A stretch of 64,000 bases of DNA from the human T2T-CHM13v2.0 reference genome, Homo sapiens. Positions 25,470 through 46,710 of the stretch are shown here, one piece after another; position 1 is the stretch's first letter; each line of letters starts with the position of its first letter. The notes below the pieces were generated by a model that had not been told where the DNA came from, searched no databases, and saw only the letters and a program-made list of their open reading frames with translations. The stretch is from assembly GCF_009914755.1 (NCBI RefSeq), contig NC_060927.1. One strand, given 5' to 3'. The translations under genes were made by a program, and so were the position numbers.

Positions 25470-27187
25470 TGTGGTAAAATACATACAAGATCTACCATCT
25501 CAATCATTTTTAAGTGTACAGGTCTTTGGCATTAAGCCATTCACATTGTTGTGCAGCCAGCACCACCATCCATCTCAGGAACTTTTTCATCATCCCAAAC
25601 TGAAACTCTGGATCCCCTAAACTTCCCATCCTTCCTACCCCAGCTCCTGGTAGCCTCCATTCTACTTTCTGTTTCCATGAATTTGACTACTCTAGGTATT
25701 TCATACAAGTATGGAATCTTACAGTATTCGTCTTTTTGTGACTCGCTTATTTCACTCAGCACAATGTTCATAAGGTTCATCCATGTGGTAGCATGGGTCA
25801 GAGTTTCCTTCCTCTTTAAGGATGAATAATATTCTAATGTATATATGTATCAAGTTTTAAAACAAAATTTGATACATCAATGGACACTTGAGTTGCTTTT
25901 ACCTTTTGGCTATTATGAGTAATACTGCTATGAATATTGGTATAACTATTTGTTGGAGTCTCTGCTTTTAATTATTTTTTGTATATACCTAGAAGTGAAA
26001 TTACTGGATCATATAATAATTCTGTTTATTTTTTTTTAGGAACTTAAGTACTTTTTTCCACAGTAGCTGCTCCATTTTATATTCACACTAACAATACACA
26101 AGAGTTTCAATTTCTCCACTTCCTCACTAACACTTATTATTTTGGGGGCAGGGGAGTGTCTATTTGTTTGTTTTGGATAGTACCCATCCTAATGGGTGTA
26201 AGGTTGTATCTTATTGCAGTGGTTCCCAACCTTTTTGGCACCAGGGACGGGTTTCACGGAAGACAACTTTTCCAAGGACGAGGTTGCAAGGAGATGGTTT
26301 TGGGATTAAACTGTTCCACCTCAGATCATCAGGTATTAGTTAGATTCTGATAAGGGGCACGCAACCTGGATCCCTCACATGTGCAGTTCACAATAGGGTT
26401 TGCGCTCCTATGAGAATCTGATGCCATGGCTGATCTGATAGGAGGTGGAGCTTGGGTGGTAATGCTCACTCACCAGCCAGTCACCTTCTGCTCTGCGGCC
26501 CAGTTCCTAACAGGGGTTAGAGAACCCTGTCTTATTGTGGTTTTAATTTTCATTTCCCTATTAATTTGTGATGTTGAGCATCTTTTCATGTGCTTATTGG
26601 ACATTTATGTATCTTCTTTCAAAAAATGTCTATCCAAGTCCTTTGCCAAATTTTTGATCCAGTCGTTTGTTTTTGTCATTGCTGAGTTTTAGGAGTTCTT
26701 TATATAAGCCAGATATTAACCCCTCTCAGACATAAGATTTGCAAATATCTTCCCCACTCCATGATTGCCTTTTCACTCTGATTATGTCCTTTGATGCACA
26801 AAAGTTTTAAATTTTGATGTAGTCCGATTTATTTTTTCTTTTGCTGTCTGTGCTTTTGGTGTCATAGCCAAGAAATCACTGCAAAATCCAATGTCATGAA
26901 GGCTTCCCCTACTTTTCTCTAAGAGCTTTATCGTTTTAGGTCTTACATTGAAGTCTTTGAACTATTTGGAGTTAATTTTTGTATATAGTGTAAGGTAAGG
27001 GTTCAACTTCATTTTTTTTTTTTTTGCATGTGGATGTCCAGTTTTTCCAAAACCATTTGTTAAAAGATTATTCTGTCTCCACTGAATGTTCTTGGCACCC
27101 TTGTTAAAAATCATTAGACCATATACGTGTGTGCTTATTTCTGGGCTCTCAATTGTATTCCATTGGTCTATATGTCTGTCTTTATGC
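25470..27187 (-). mobile_element. L1MB-like 3' end plus ORF2 remnant, interrupted by MER1B
   Basis: Minus-strand peptide RHIDQWNTIESPEI..YGLMIFNKGAKNIQW; L1MB 3' UTR motifs. Confidence 0.85.
26217..26529. mobile_element. MER1B (hAT-Charlie) DNA transposon
   Basis: cagtggttcccaacctttttggcaccagggac...ggggttagagaaccctg; perfect 8-bp TSD tcttattg (26209-26216, 26530-26537). Confidence 0.92.
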
Positions 27188-27489
27188 AAGTGATCATTTT
27201 TAATATCCTTTTAGAATAACTCTGATGTTCAGCCTTCTAGATTAAAGGTCTTCCACTCTAATCTGTTTCCACACCTGCTCTCCCAAAAGACTTTACACTT
27301 CTTGAGAGCAGAGACCATGTCCTAGCTATCTTTGTCACCTCAGTACCTGGCATCATGTCTGGTACATAGGAGGTGCCCCAAAAATATGTGACCCAATGTG
27401 GCAAAATCCTGGTGGGTGACTTTGTGTTCATTCCAATCCCACTAAGTATTTCAAGGTGTCCTCAAAAGAAATTAAACTCTACAACACAT

Positions 27490-28325
27490 TGAAGCAGAAT
27501 ATTTCCCTGACCCCTTCACAAGTGGGAACTGGAGTTCAGGGGCAGTGGAACTAGCCAGCTGCTTCAGCACTGACAGGAGTGAATTCCACTCACTCAGACC
27601 TGCTGGGCTTCACCCATCATGGGAGGGGGAGCATGCAGGTGAGTGGGTGCAGGAGCCAGGGCGAGTACTTTTGGGCACCAGCAGAAGCAAAACTTCATGT
27701 GGCCCCACAGCAGCATCTAGGGGGAAGTGCCTGTGACCCCTGAAGCCCCAGAAGGAGCGTTACAGTGCCCTTTTAGCTTTGTCGTCTGAGGACAGCTTAA
27801 GTGTTAACAGCTCGGTGGAGGGTCAGTGTGACAGCCTTTTACACCTGCACCCAATTTCTTGTCTGGCATCCAGGAGGAATGAGGTTGCACAAACAAATTG
27901 AAGGTAGTAAATGAGGGGGATTTTATTGCTGATGAAAGTGGCTTTCAATGGGAAGGGGAGCTGAAAAGGTGACAGAGTGGGAAGGTAATCTTCCCCTGAA
28001 ATCTGGCCATTCCCAGCTGAACTTTTCTCCAAAGCTACATCATCAAGCTGTCCCTCTGAAGTCAAGCCACTTCTCTCCAATGTCCAGCCATAGTCTCTGA
28101 CATCCAGCTGCTTCTCCTCTCTCTGCCAGCTGAGCCTGGGGATTTTATGGGCACAGGATGGAGGGGTGAGACAGGCCATGGGTGGTTTTGGAAAAGGCAA
28201 CATTCAAGCAGGAAAACAGGGATGTAAGTTCTCACTTTGAGCCAAGGTTCCAGGCTTGAGGGTGGAACCCTCACCAGGGACCTGCCCTCTTCTGCCCAGA
28301 GTTTCCCTGCCTCTTCTCCCTATCA
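27490..28325 (-). mobile_element. MER50-like ERV1 solo LTR
   Basis: TG...CA termini, 4-bp TSD acat (27486-27489, 28326-28329); minus strand begins tgatagggagaagaggcagggaaactctgggcagaagagggc. Confidence 0.8.
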
Positions 28326-28692
28326 ACATTAACAAGAAATGTCTATTTTACTGAAAAATTCTTGGGGAGACAAGAAAGAAAGTTTACATTGTGCATAACA
28401 TGGGAAAACTTCATAAAACTTCCTTTAAATATTTATCTTCTTTTCCCTCAAAGTCCTCTCTCTGCCAGCTACTTTGTTTTTCCTCCTTCTCTTCCTGTCT
28501 CTCTATCTCAGCCTCTAAAAAATATGTTCTACTGTCTCAAAACTATTCCATTTTCAGCCTCAGAGTGCCAACCCACTCAGCCAAATAAGAGCCTGGTGTC
28601 TGGTTAATGGAGTACAACCATCTATCCACTGCTCTTCAAACCTAATGCTCACACTCATTCTTACCCAAGCAGTAGATCCAAATGTTCACCCA

Positions 28693-29057
28693 TGATATGG
28701 TTTGGCTGTGTCCCCACCCAAATCTCACCTTGAATTGTAGCTCCCATAATTCCCATATGTTGTGGGAGGGATGTGGTGGGAGATAATTGAATCATGGGGG
28801 CAGTTTCCCCCATACTGTCCTCCTGGTAGTCAATAAGGCTCACGACATGTGATGGTTTTATAAGGGGTTTCTTTCCCCTTTCACTTGGCTCTCATTCTCT
28901 CTTACCTGCTGCCATGTAAGATGTGCCTTTTGCCCTCTGTCATGATTGTGAGGCCTACCCCATCACGTGGAACTGTGAGTCCATTCAACCTCTTTTTCTT
29001 TAAAAATTCCCAATTTCAGGTATGTCTTTATCAGCAGCATGAAAACAAACTAATACA
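28693..29057 (+). mobile_element. THE1 (THE1C/D-like) MaLR solo LTR
   Basis: tgatatggtttggctgtgtccccacccaaatctc...actaataca; perfect 5-bp TSD accca (28688-28692, 29058-29062). Confidence 0.93.
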
Positions 29058-29137
29058 ACCCACCTCCACAGGTCTCCTGAAAGGTGAGGCAGATACTAAG
29101 GGAGGGTAGAATCTACTGCTAAAAAAATAAGTTTCTC

Positions 29138-29265
29138 AGCCAGTCATGGTGGCTCACACCTGTAATCCCAACACTACCAGAGGCTGAGGCAGGGGGATCA
29201 CCTGGAGCCAGGAGTTTGAGACAAGCCTGGGCAACATAGCAAGACCCTGTCTGTACAAAAAAAAA
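29138..29265 (+). mobile_element. FLAM-like Alu monomer
   Basis: Left-arm-only sequence with A tail. Confidence 0.85.
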
Positions 29266-29633
29266 GTCGGAAGGAAGGAAGGAAGGATCTCCACTGGGTT
29301 ATAAACATGTATTGAATGAATGAATCAAGATTATCACCATCAAGACTTAGTCAATGTCAAAACACAGATGCTCACCAGAAGCCATAGCCTCCCTTAATCC
29401 TAACCCCTTCTTCTGCAGAGCCCAGGTCAGCCACTCTTTAATGGGTTCCTGGCTTAACAGAAACCACAGCAAAGCTCTGGGGCTGAGATAAAAAGCCTCT
29501 GGTGACTAAGGGGTCCCCTAGTTAGCTTTTCCTGTTCCTGTGAGTCTTTAATTCCTGAGCCCACCTGTCTTGCTGGACCCTCCTTCATTGGCATCCAGAC
29601 CCTGACTGTCTTCCTGATCTCTGATCTACATAG

Positions 29634-29943
<310 letters not shown>

Positions 29944-30509
29944 GAATTTTGACCATTATTACCTCCCTGATTGGGCTTCCAGCCCTGCTCTAATCTGTAC
30001 CATCAAATGTGGCCCTCTTCAACACTAGTTCCACTGCTTCAATTCTATCCTAAATACTGGATGCTAAGGTCTCCAAAGAAATGGAATTGGAATGGAGAAA
30101 GGGTCTCCCATTATCTGAGCACTTACCCTGCGCTCAGCACTGAGCTAGGTGCGTCACAATGCTGTGATTCAGAGCTCTTAACCAGCACGTTTGGGTTGAA
30201 TACTGCTCAGCCATTCACAAGAAATGTGGCCTTGGGCAAGTCACTTAACCTCTGTGTGCCTCATTTTCTCATATAGCATATGGAGATAAGAATAATACCT
30301 ATTATAAAAGATTATCTTGAGGGTTAAGTGAGTCAATACATGTCATAAATGCTCAACTAATATTAATTGTGGATGTTATTCCAACTCACATGCATTGTCT
30401 TCATTTAATGCTCACAAAAACCTTGCAAGACATTATTCTCTCTGACTCATAGGTTTTACAGAAGAGGAAATAAGAGTTCAGATAAAGCAAGTGATTTGCC
30501 CACGGTTAC

Positions 30510-31380
<871 letters not shown>

Positions 31381-31964
31381 GTTACAAAGCCAGTAAGTGG
31401 GGGAAGCAAGATCTAAACTTGAGTCTGTTTGATCACCAGGCCTCAGGCCCTTTCCATTGTGTCAGGCCTCCTCCAAAAGCAACTACCTCCAAGATATGCA
31501 CGGGTCAAGACTCCCTGGGGGAAAAGCAAGGGACAAGAGGCCACCAGCTGAGGCAATTACTCTCCATGGCATACCCAGGAAGTGATGTAGGGAAATGGCA
31601 AGAATATTAAGTCAACCTTGAAGCAGAGAGTCCCACTTGCCACTCACCAGCCAAGTGTGCATGTGACCAACTCTCAATGCCCTCATCTGGAAAATGAGAT
31701 TGATAATATTGTGTGTCTAGTAATAATAATAACAGCCCTGTGCTGGAAGCACACAATGAAAGCAGTAGAATTTGTTGTGGTGGTGTATGTCACGAGAAAG
31801 TGCTTTGTGTCTTGTGAAATGTGTCACAAACGTAAGATTACTATTTAAAGTAGGCATAGTGGGAGAGACACAGTCATGGGAGCCAAGAGAAACAGGGTCA
31901 AATCACAGCAGCCGGGTATCCTGGGTAGATTACCTCACTTCTCTGAACCTTGGTGTCCTCGTGA

Positions 31965-32560
31965 ATGGGGATGTACCAGACTCTTTCAGTTGCAAGTGAC
32001 AGAAAGCCCAACCTGAATAGGCATTGGCATTAAAAGGGAGTTTGTTCTGACTCAGGTATCTGGACTATAGTTGAGGCATGTGAACAATGTCAAGTCACAG
32101 GCTGTCTTTTGATCTCTTAGCTCTGTTCTCCTGTGTGTTGATTGATTCTCTTTTAAATAGTAGCCCCCACCTCCACATCACCCAGCACATCAGGATTACA
32201 TCCAATACCCTGGCCGGGCGTGGTGGTGCACATCTGTAATCCTAACTACTTGGGAGGCTGAGACACAAGAATCGCTTGAGCCTGGGAGGCCAAGACTGTG
32301 CCATTGCACTCCAACCTGGGCAACAGGGAAAAAAAAAGGGGGGGATATATCCAATACCCTAAACAACCACAGAGAAAAAAACTTCTTTCTCCTAGCAAAA
32401 GTTCCAGGATTAATTGTCATTGGCCTGGCTTGCATTATGTGTTCATCCCTGCATCAGTCATCGAAGAGGGGTGGGATAAGCCCCTCTAGAAACACCTATA
32501 AGCTGAGAATGGGGCAGATCCCCAAAACACAAAGTGCTATTACCTGAAAACGGGATAAAC
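31965..32560. mobile_element. MLT1J/K-like LTR with an Alu monomer insertion (32212-32337)
   Basis: gactctttcagttgcaagtgacagaaagcccaac; monomer flanked by atccaataccct (32200-32211, 32349-32360). Confidence 0.65.
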
Positions 32561-32673
32561 AGGTGTCCATGACAAAGTGACAGAGGATAGGATGGCACCT
32601 CCAAGTGAACATGAGCCCTGTGTCTAAGTAAGTCATTATGACCATGGCAGAGGAGACAGGGCTCTCTGTCTGA

Positions 32674-33033
<360 letters not shown>

Positions 33034-34071
33034 CAAACACCCTGATCGTGGCAAATGCAGAGGGTGCCAGGACAGGCAGTAAGGTGGCAGACCCCACAAT
33101 GGACACATGACAGGGCAAAGGTCAAGGTCAGCCTCACCAGGGGAGAAGTTTGGGGCTCAGAATGAGCAGGTGATGAGATATGGTTAAGCCCATAGCCAAA
33201 AGACCCAAGCTATTGGAGCCAGTGCCTCTGGCATTTGGTTGAGTGGACAGCTTGTCCCCCTTAAAGGGCCAGCCCAGCAGGCAAAGGAAACCATAGCGAC
33301 CACAAGTTAAGGAAGACGGATGAAAAGCTTGTAAACACAGCTTCCAGCCATGTGGCATAGCTTTGGGTTCCTAGGAGACAGCCACATAAAGACCAGTCTG
33401 ACTCATGGCGACCAAGCAAAGGGGACTATTTCTAGGCACCACTGTGGGCCGATTCAGAGCCTGTGAACCAGACAGGCAAACAGACAGCACGAATAAACAT
33501 GATAGCTTCGAAAGCAGAGTCTTCATGTGTTGCACACTCAAGGTGCTGAGTGGCCAAGTTTGCTCCCTTTCTGCTACTGCTGTGCTGCCGCCCCCACGCA
33601 CACACCAGTTTGTGCCCACCTCCCCTTCCCATCTCTTTGCAAACTTCTGTCCCAGCCTTCAGAGCTGGGGGGCAGGTTGCCATGTACAGCGTGGTGGCAA
33701 CTGGGGAAACTACTGACCAGCTCTGTGTTGCTCCGTCATAAATAACCAGCTGCCTCGCCCAATTTCTTTAGCTGCACAACCAGCAATGACAATCTGCATT
33801 TCCATCCATCAGGAGGCAGTAACGGTGGGTCCTCAGCAGGATGCTGATAACCCCTTTTTTCAAGGCCACGGCCAAGCTGCTTTTCACTGCTTGAGAGTTA
33901 ACTATGACTCTGCAATGCCGGATATGACAGTACCCACTCGACACAGACATTTAATAGGATGCAGAATCTGCTTTCTCTCCAATCTGATTTTCCAAAGGCA
34001 AAAAGAAAAAAATAAGCTAACTCTTTTTGCCTGTTAAATACTTGAAATTTTAGGTGCACAGAACCCAAATA

Positions 34072-34085
34072 GTAACTATGGCAAC
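34072..34085. promoter_or_regulatory. RFX X-box motif
   Basis: GTAACTATGGCAAC fits GTNRCY-NN-RGYAAC, in unique sequence. Confidence 0.5.
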
Positions 34086-34812
34086 GCAAGCCACTCCAAT
34101 AAGACTAACACCGATTATTTCCAGCACAATAGCCTGGCTTGTGCTCAGAAAGCAGAGGTAATGTTGGCTGAAAGCAATTCCTGAATTGTTGGGGGGGGTG
34201 GGAGTCTTCCAGCAGTGGAGGCTTTATGCTTAGGTTTCTAGTTCCCGGCCTCTAGGATTCAGTGGCAAAATAAATAAATTACTGGATTGCTATCTCGCCT
34301 CTCCACACTAATAAACTGGCAGCCTCTGCATTCTCTACTTAGGTTTCTTCACTCTCCAACCACAAAGCCACTGAAATCCCAGGACTCACAGTGATAGCAT
34401 TAAGAATATGGGTTATGAAAATTACAGTATCAGGCAGCATGGCCAGCTTTTAAAGAACATCCTACTGGGAGCTTCCTGAAGGCAAGGGAATGTGCAATAT
34501 GCTCTGCATACAGGGCTGAGGACTTGGCCCGTGGTAGGTGAAACTCTCTCTGATCCCATTTGTTTTACAGATCGGAAAACAGACTCATGAAAATTAGACT
34601 TGACCATGGCCACTCAGAATCAGGAGATAATGTGGACTCCTGGTTAAGGCTACTGGCTATGGAGAAGAACAAAATAAGGATCCCCTCTTGGTTGTTAGAC
34701 TCTGGGCAAGTCACTCAACTTCTTTGAATCTGGGTTTATTTTGGACCTAGATGTACTTACTTTTATTATTATTATTATTATTACTATTATTATGAAAAGG
34801 CAAACCTTTTAA

Positions 34813-35264
<452 letters not shown>

Positions 35265-35348
35265 TAATCCTACCTCTTTCCAAACCCTGTCTTCTGACAT
35301 AAACCGACCATTCAACCAGCTCAAATTTAACAATCTTTTCCACTAAGG

Positions 35349-38192
<2,844 letters not shown>

Positions 38193-38529
38193 TTAAGCAA
38201 AAGAAGCTAAGAGCCAGATATCTGCAAACTGAATAACCAGACCTCACAGGGATCACTACTTGGAAAGGGAAAAGTAATCAGTGAAAATCTAGGAACAGTG
38301 CAAGAGTTAGGGGAGTGAAGAGGACAAAATCCACTAGAAGTTTATATGCTTTCATTGTTATCACATACTGGCAATTCCCAACAAAACCAGGGCTAAAATA
38401 CTTCTCCCTATGTGGGCAGACCATCCTACTGTCCAGAAGCACAGACCGAAGCACCAGGGTCCACTGACGTTAGAGTGGCAGGCTGTGTAGCGAAGAGATG
38501 GCCACCATTCTATTGTTTTAGTGATTAAT

Positions 38530-39330
38530 GATGGGGCTCAGAACTTGCTGCTCTAAAATATGACACCTTGGCATTTGAGAAAACAGCAGAAGCAGGAAGG
38601 TCTCTCTGACCCCGCTTTTCTCTTCTAAAGCAGGCCATAAAAGAATTCTCCAACCTACCTGTGAGGAGACTCATATTTGAGAGGTATCCTCCCTATACCT
38701 GGAGGAAAAAAAATGTCCTCATCTCTGAAGACACAGGGATGCAGAAAAGAATCTGAACAAACAGGCCTTGCTAAGTTTCCCCCAGTTTATTACCATTAGA
38801 TCTCACACTTACTTGTTCCACAACCATACTTGTCCGTATCTGTCCACTCTTCATCAAACCTAAGCATAAAACCAGTTGTGGTGGCATGTGCCTGTAGTCC
38901 CAACTACTCAGGAAGCTGAGGCAGGCAGATTACTTGAGCCTAGGAGTTATTCAAAGTCCAGCCTGGGCAACATAGTGACGCCCCACCTCAAAAAAAAAAA
39001 AAAAGTTAAATGAAAAACAAACCTAAGCATTAAAATACAGAAGTTGGCCAGGTGCAATAGCTCACTCCTGTAATCCCAGCATTTTGGGAGGCTGAGGTGG
39101 GAGGATCGATTAAACTCAATCCCAAGAGACCAGCCTGGGCAATACAGTGAGATCTCTTCTCTACTAAAAACAAAGTTTAAAAATTAGCTCAGCTTAGTGA
39201 CGTGCACCTGTAGTCCCAGCTGCTGGGAGGCTGAAGTGAGTAGACTGCCTGAGCCTGGGAGATCATGGCTGCAGTGAGCTGTGATCATGCCACTGCACTC
39301 CAGCCTGGGTGACAAAGCGAGACCCTATCT

Positions 39331-39377
<47 letters not shown>

Positions 39378-39543
39378 TTATCTGTGTCTTGGTCTTCATT
39401 TCTGAAGGCTCCTGTGTCACACAACACTTATAATGAATAGATCTGTATACTTTCTTCTCGTTTATCTGTCTTTTGTTATAGAGGCCTCAACCTTGAACCT
39501 GGTAATGGGTGAGGAAAGATTTCTTCCAGCATGCCCCCCAACA
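38530..39543 (+). mobile_element. MER31-like ERV1 LTR with nested FLAM_A-like monomer (38872-39004), AluJ (39046-39333) and (CA)n (39334-39376)
   Basis: tgatggggctcagaac..aaatatgacaccttggcatt..gaatctgaacaaacaggccttgctaagtttccccc; repeated aaacctaagcat flanking the monomer. Confidence 0.75.
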
Positions 39544-39564
39544 CACACTATTTTAGAAATGTTA

Positions 39565-40508
<944 letters not shown>

Positions 40509-40519
40509 ACATTAACACT

Positions 40520-42610
<2,091 letters not shown>

Positions 42611-43028
42611 AAATCTCTTAAAACTTCATCAAAATGAATTCCTTGAGATCTGGGAAAAGACAAGTTCTTCTATGGGATATGCATTTGTTTCTGCTAGGCA
42701 TCTTAAGAACACTACTAGTCTAACATCACTTTGGTTGTGTGAATTCATGTTATAGATCCTCGTAACAGTTTACTTGTAGTTACAAATTCTCAGAGATTTT
42801 TTTTGGGGGGGCCCTACAACCAGCCCCGATGTTCAAGACAGACAATTGTTTTTATCCTTTAGGTGACAGATTTATTTCCAAATCACCCTCACACTAAATT
42901 ACCATTACACTTGGCTATTTAAGGACATAACTTTATGGGAGGGGTCCTATTAGACCCTTACCTTGGACAGGTTCTGGGCTTCATCTTCTGTCTCCCGTAA
43001 CTGAGACAATGAAAAAAACCAAAGCTCA

Positions 43029-43365
<337 letters not shown>

Positions 43366-43802
43366 CTATGAAGCAAACACAAGCCAGTTTGGGGCCCTGC
43401 TTACCTTTCTTCATTTTTGGCCTCTGAGTATTTCTTCATAACTTGCTAGCTCACTAACATATTTTTAATGGTTTTAAATGTTATCCAGAATTTTTAGTTG
43501 TTTACAACAGGAGGATAAGTCAAGGTATCTTTCCTGCCATACTGCAAGAAATGAAAGTCCACATCAAAGTATGTGCTATGTAAATGATGAATGGTCTGAT
43601 GTTGTTTGGTTACATAGGACAGGTGTGTGGGGGGACAGCAAGATTGGAGCTGGAGATGCACCTGAAAAGCTCAGTAGGGACTAGGCAATGAGGGGCCCTA
43701 AATGTCATTTGACATTCGAACCTTATCCAGTAGGTAATGGAGGGATTTCCAAATTCAGATCACAAGGTTCATAAAGTTTTTTATATTATTGTTTCCTTTC
43801 AA

Positions 43803-44010
43803 GTAGTGTTTCTCAAAGTGTGGTCCAAGCTCTACCCTCTTCAGAATCCTCTAACTCACTTATCAAAACTTGCAGATCCAAGCTATACCCCAAACCTACT
43901 GAATCAGTATCCCTAGGGAGTGAGTGTTAGAAGGGGGGAATTCTCAAGACCCACAATTTTAACAAGCTTGCAAGTAAACCTTATGCACACTAAACTCCCA
44001 GAGCCGTGAG
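43803..44010. mobile_element. MER5B-like hAT fossil
   Basis: agtgtttctcaaagtgtggtcc..acctactgaatcag..ttttaacaagc. Confidence 0.6.
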
Positions 44011-44820
44011 TCAGAGCAATGCTTTCCTAACAGCTAATGAGACCACTAGCAAGATGGGAAATCATTTTTAATGAGCTAAAATAGAATGAAAACTCTCAGA
44101 GTATATATCTTGCTATAAGGATGTGTATTATTTCACAAAACTTTTGTTGTGGTGGTAGTGGTGATGGTGTGTGTGTGTACGTGTGTTCTGGGCTAAGCTA
44201 TAAAATGTGTTTTATGTGCTGAGGTCAAAAAAGAGAGGCATTGCCTTGGAGGATGCCCTTTATATTCTTTTTAATCACACTTTACCGATAAATAAAATAT
44301 TAAGAGGAAAAGGAGTGCAATAAAATTCCCCCCTGAATAACTCCTTCCTGTAGCATGCAGGCTCACATTGATGTGTATACATGATCAATTCATCTCGGCA
44401 CTTTCTGACTCAAAGTAAAGTGATGAAAAGCATCTCAATGAACATGGTATGGTGAAAGCATGCTGCGAATTGTCACCTATTCCACAAGCGTTTTCTTATT
44501 TGCCTGAAGAGATTACAAAACCTGTGTTCCCGCTCTCATTACGTCTCAGCAGCCCTGTATTTAAGGAGATAAGGTATCACAAAATCCTGGCACAACTGGC
44601 ACAAAGTACCATGTGAGTCCCTTTGCTGTACAGGATTTCGTTATACTGAGCACTGCTTCCACCAACGGGTCACAGGTTGTAGCCTGGAATACATTTTATT
44701 TGGATACTTTTTTCCTTGCTCTTGTATTTGCTGCAATGTTGTATATATCTATGGTCTATTCTCCCAAAAAACAATCAATAAGCAAGGACAAATACAAATG
44801 CATCCATTCATGCATCAACA

Positions 44821-44821
<1 letters not shown>

Positions 44822-44859
<38 letters not shown>

Positions 44860-44860
44860 C
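44822..44860. repeat. (CA)n microsatellite
   Basis: Seen directly. Confidence 0.95.
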
Positions 44861-45384
44861 ATTTGTTGTCTTAAATATATTTCACAAATTTCATTCACTC
44901 AGTGTCTTTATTATGTTTTCCATTTCTACATACCTCTGGCACTACTATTTACCTTTCTTCTTTAAATCGAATCAGATTTTTATATAAATAAGATTTTCAT
45001 AAAAAATAGTTTATACCCTTTCAGCAAATGGAAAATTAGTTTCACTTGCCAAAAAAAAGAAGGCAACTGTAAAAATAAATGTAAGACAGAGTGAGCCAAA
45101 TTATCACACTCAACTTAAGTTCTATTGCCAGCCAAAGCCCAGAAACTAAATAGAGCCTCTTCTCTTTGTCCAAAAGAAAAAGAGATGTGGCTGTTTCTCA
45201 TTAAAGCCCTACTAGGATCAAACTGAGTGTTTTCCCATGATGTTAACAGAAGGCATAAGAGATTGGAAAAGGAAATAACTTTCTTGGTAGTGATTCTGTT
45301 TTGTTTTTAGGCTGAACAGATACCTCTTGGAATCACCTACTGTTGCATTCGCATCTCAGACTTTGAGAAACAATGACATAGATC

Positions 45385-45563
45385 TTTGGTTCTCAAACTG
45401 TAGCGTGCATCAGAATCCCCCAGAGGGCCCGTTAGAACACAGATGGCTGTGCCTCATCCTTTGAGTTTCTGACTCAGTAGGCAAAGCCCAAGAATTTGTA
45501 TTTCTAACGAGTTCCCAGATGGGGCTGATGCTGTTGATTGAGACCACACGTTGAGAACCACTG
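45385..45563. mobile_element. MER5A (hAT-Charlie)
   Basis: ggttctcaaac..gcatcagaatc..ttgagaaccactg; 8-bp TSD catagatc (45377-45384, 45564-45571). Confidence 0.88.
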
Positions 45564-46710
45564 CATAGATCAATCCTATACATCGTTCAAAACCCTGCTT
45601 GGGTGAGTCCTTCCTTTTCTGCCCTCCATGAAGCCTTCTCTGCCTTCTCTATCCACCTTACACTTCCAAAATAGTCACTTATTGTCCATCTCATTGATTC
45701 CTATTCTTTTCACTCAAAGCAAACATTTTATTATTCTCATTTCACAAATCCCATGCTTTGAAATGTTTTTTGTCTATCAAATAAAAGACATTTATCAAGT
45801 AATAATTAATTCATTTTCTCATGTTTTATTAATCAAAGACAACGGTAACTGCCAATCAGATCTTCCAGTCAGCATGGGGTAACTGGTGTTTCTAGCCCCG
45901 AGCAAAGAAACCTGATGTTTTCTTTTAATTAGCCTGTGCATCTAATATCTAGCAAATATGAGCTCTTTGGATTAGTCTTTTTGAAGTACTGCAAATAGCT
46001 CATAAGCACCCCTTCCTTCTCCCCCCATTACTGCTCTCTAAGACCCTTGGGAGCCTGGGAGCTCAGGTTGGGACCACCTGGTATATATCATTCATCTGGT
46101 CATTAATCTCTGATTGTCTTCTGTCATTTCTTCTATTGTTGTCCCTTAAGAGCACAATGGGGCTGCATCTGACTCTTCTTTGTAAACTGTACAGTACCTT
46201 GCTCAGGGCTTTAGATTTAGCAGCTGAAAAAAAAAAGAAAGAAAGAAAGAAAGAAAAAAGAAAATGAAAAAAAAAAACCCACCCACTGCTGATTTCAAAT
46301 ATATGTTTGACTATATCACAATTGCATCCAGGGGAGAGCAACACAATAAAAGAATATTTGCAGTAAAACAGACCTGTATTGTAAATAGGAGAGTTAAATT
46401 CCAAAGTTACCCTTTGTGGGAGGAAAATGAGTCAACAAAACAATGGCCTTTCCAGGGTTGGTAAAGAGACCTGAAAATATCCACTTGCCTGGGTAACTTC
46501 ACCAGGAGATGATTCCATTTGATTGCTCTGACTGGTGCCTCCTGGAAGGCTGGTAAAGGGGAAATGTTTGAAATGAGTACAACTTAATCACAAACGGACA
46601 AACTGAGGATGTGGACTGATGGTAAGATCTTAATGACTCAGAAATATCTGTCTTCCTCGAGAATACGTGACTCTTTCTTTTTCCAAAACTCTGCTTAAAA
46701 CTGCTGTCCT

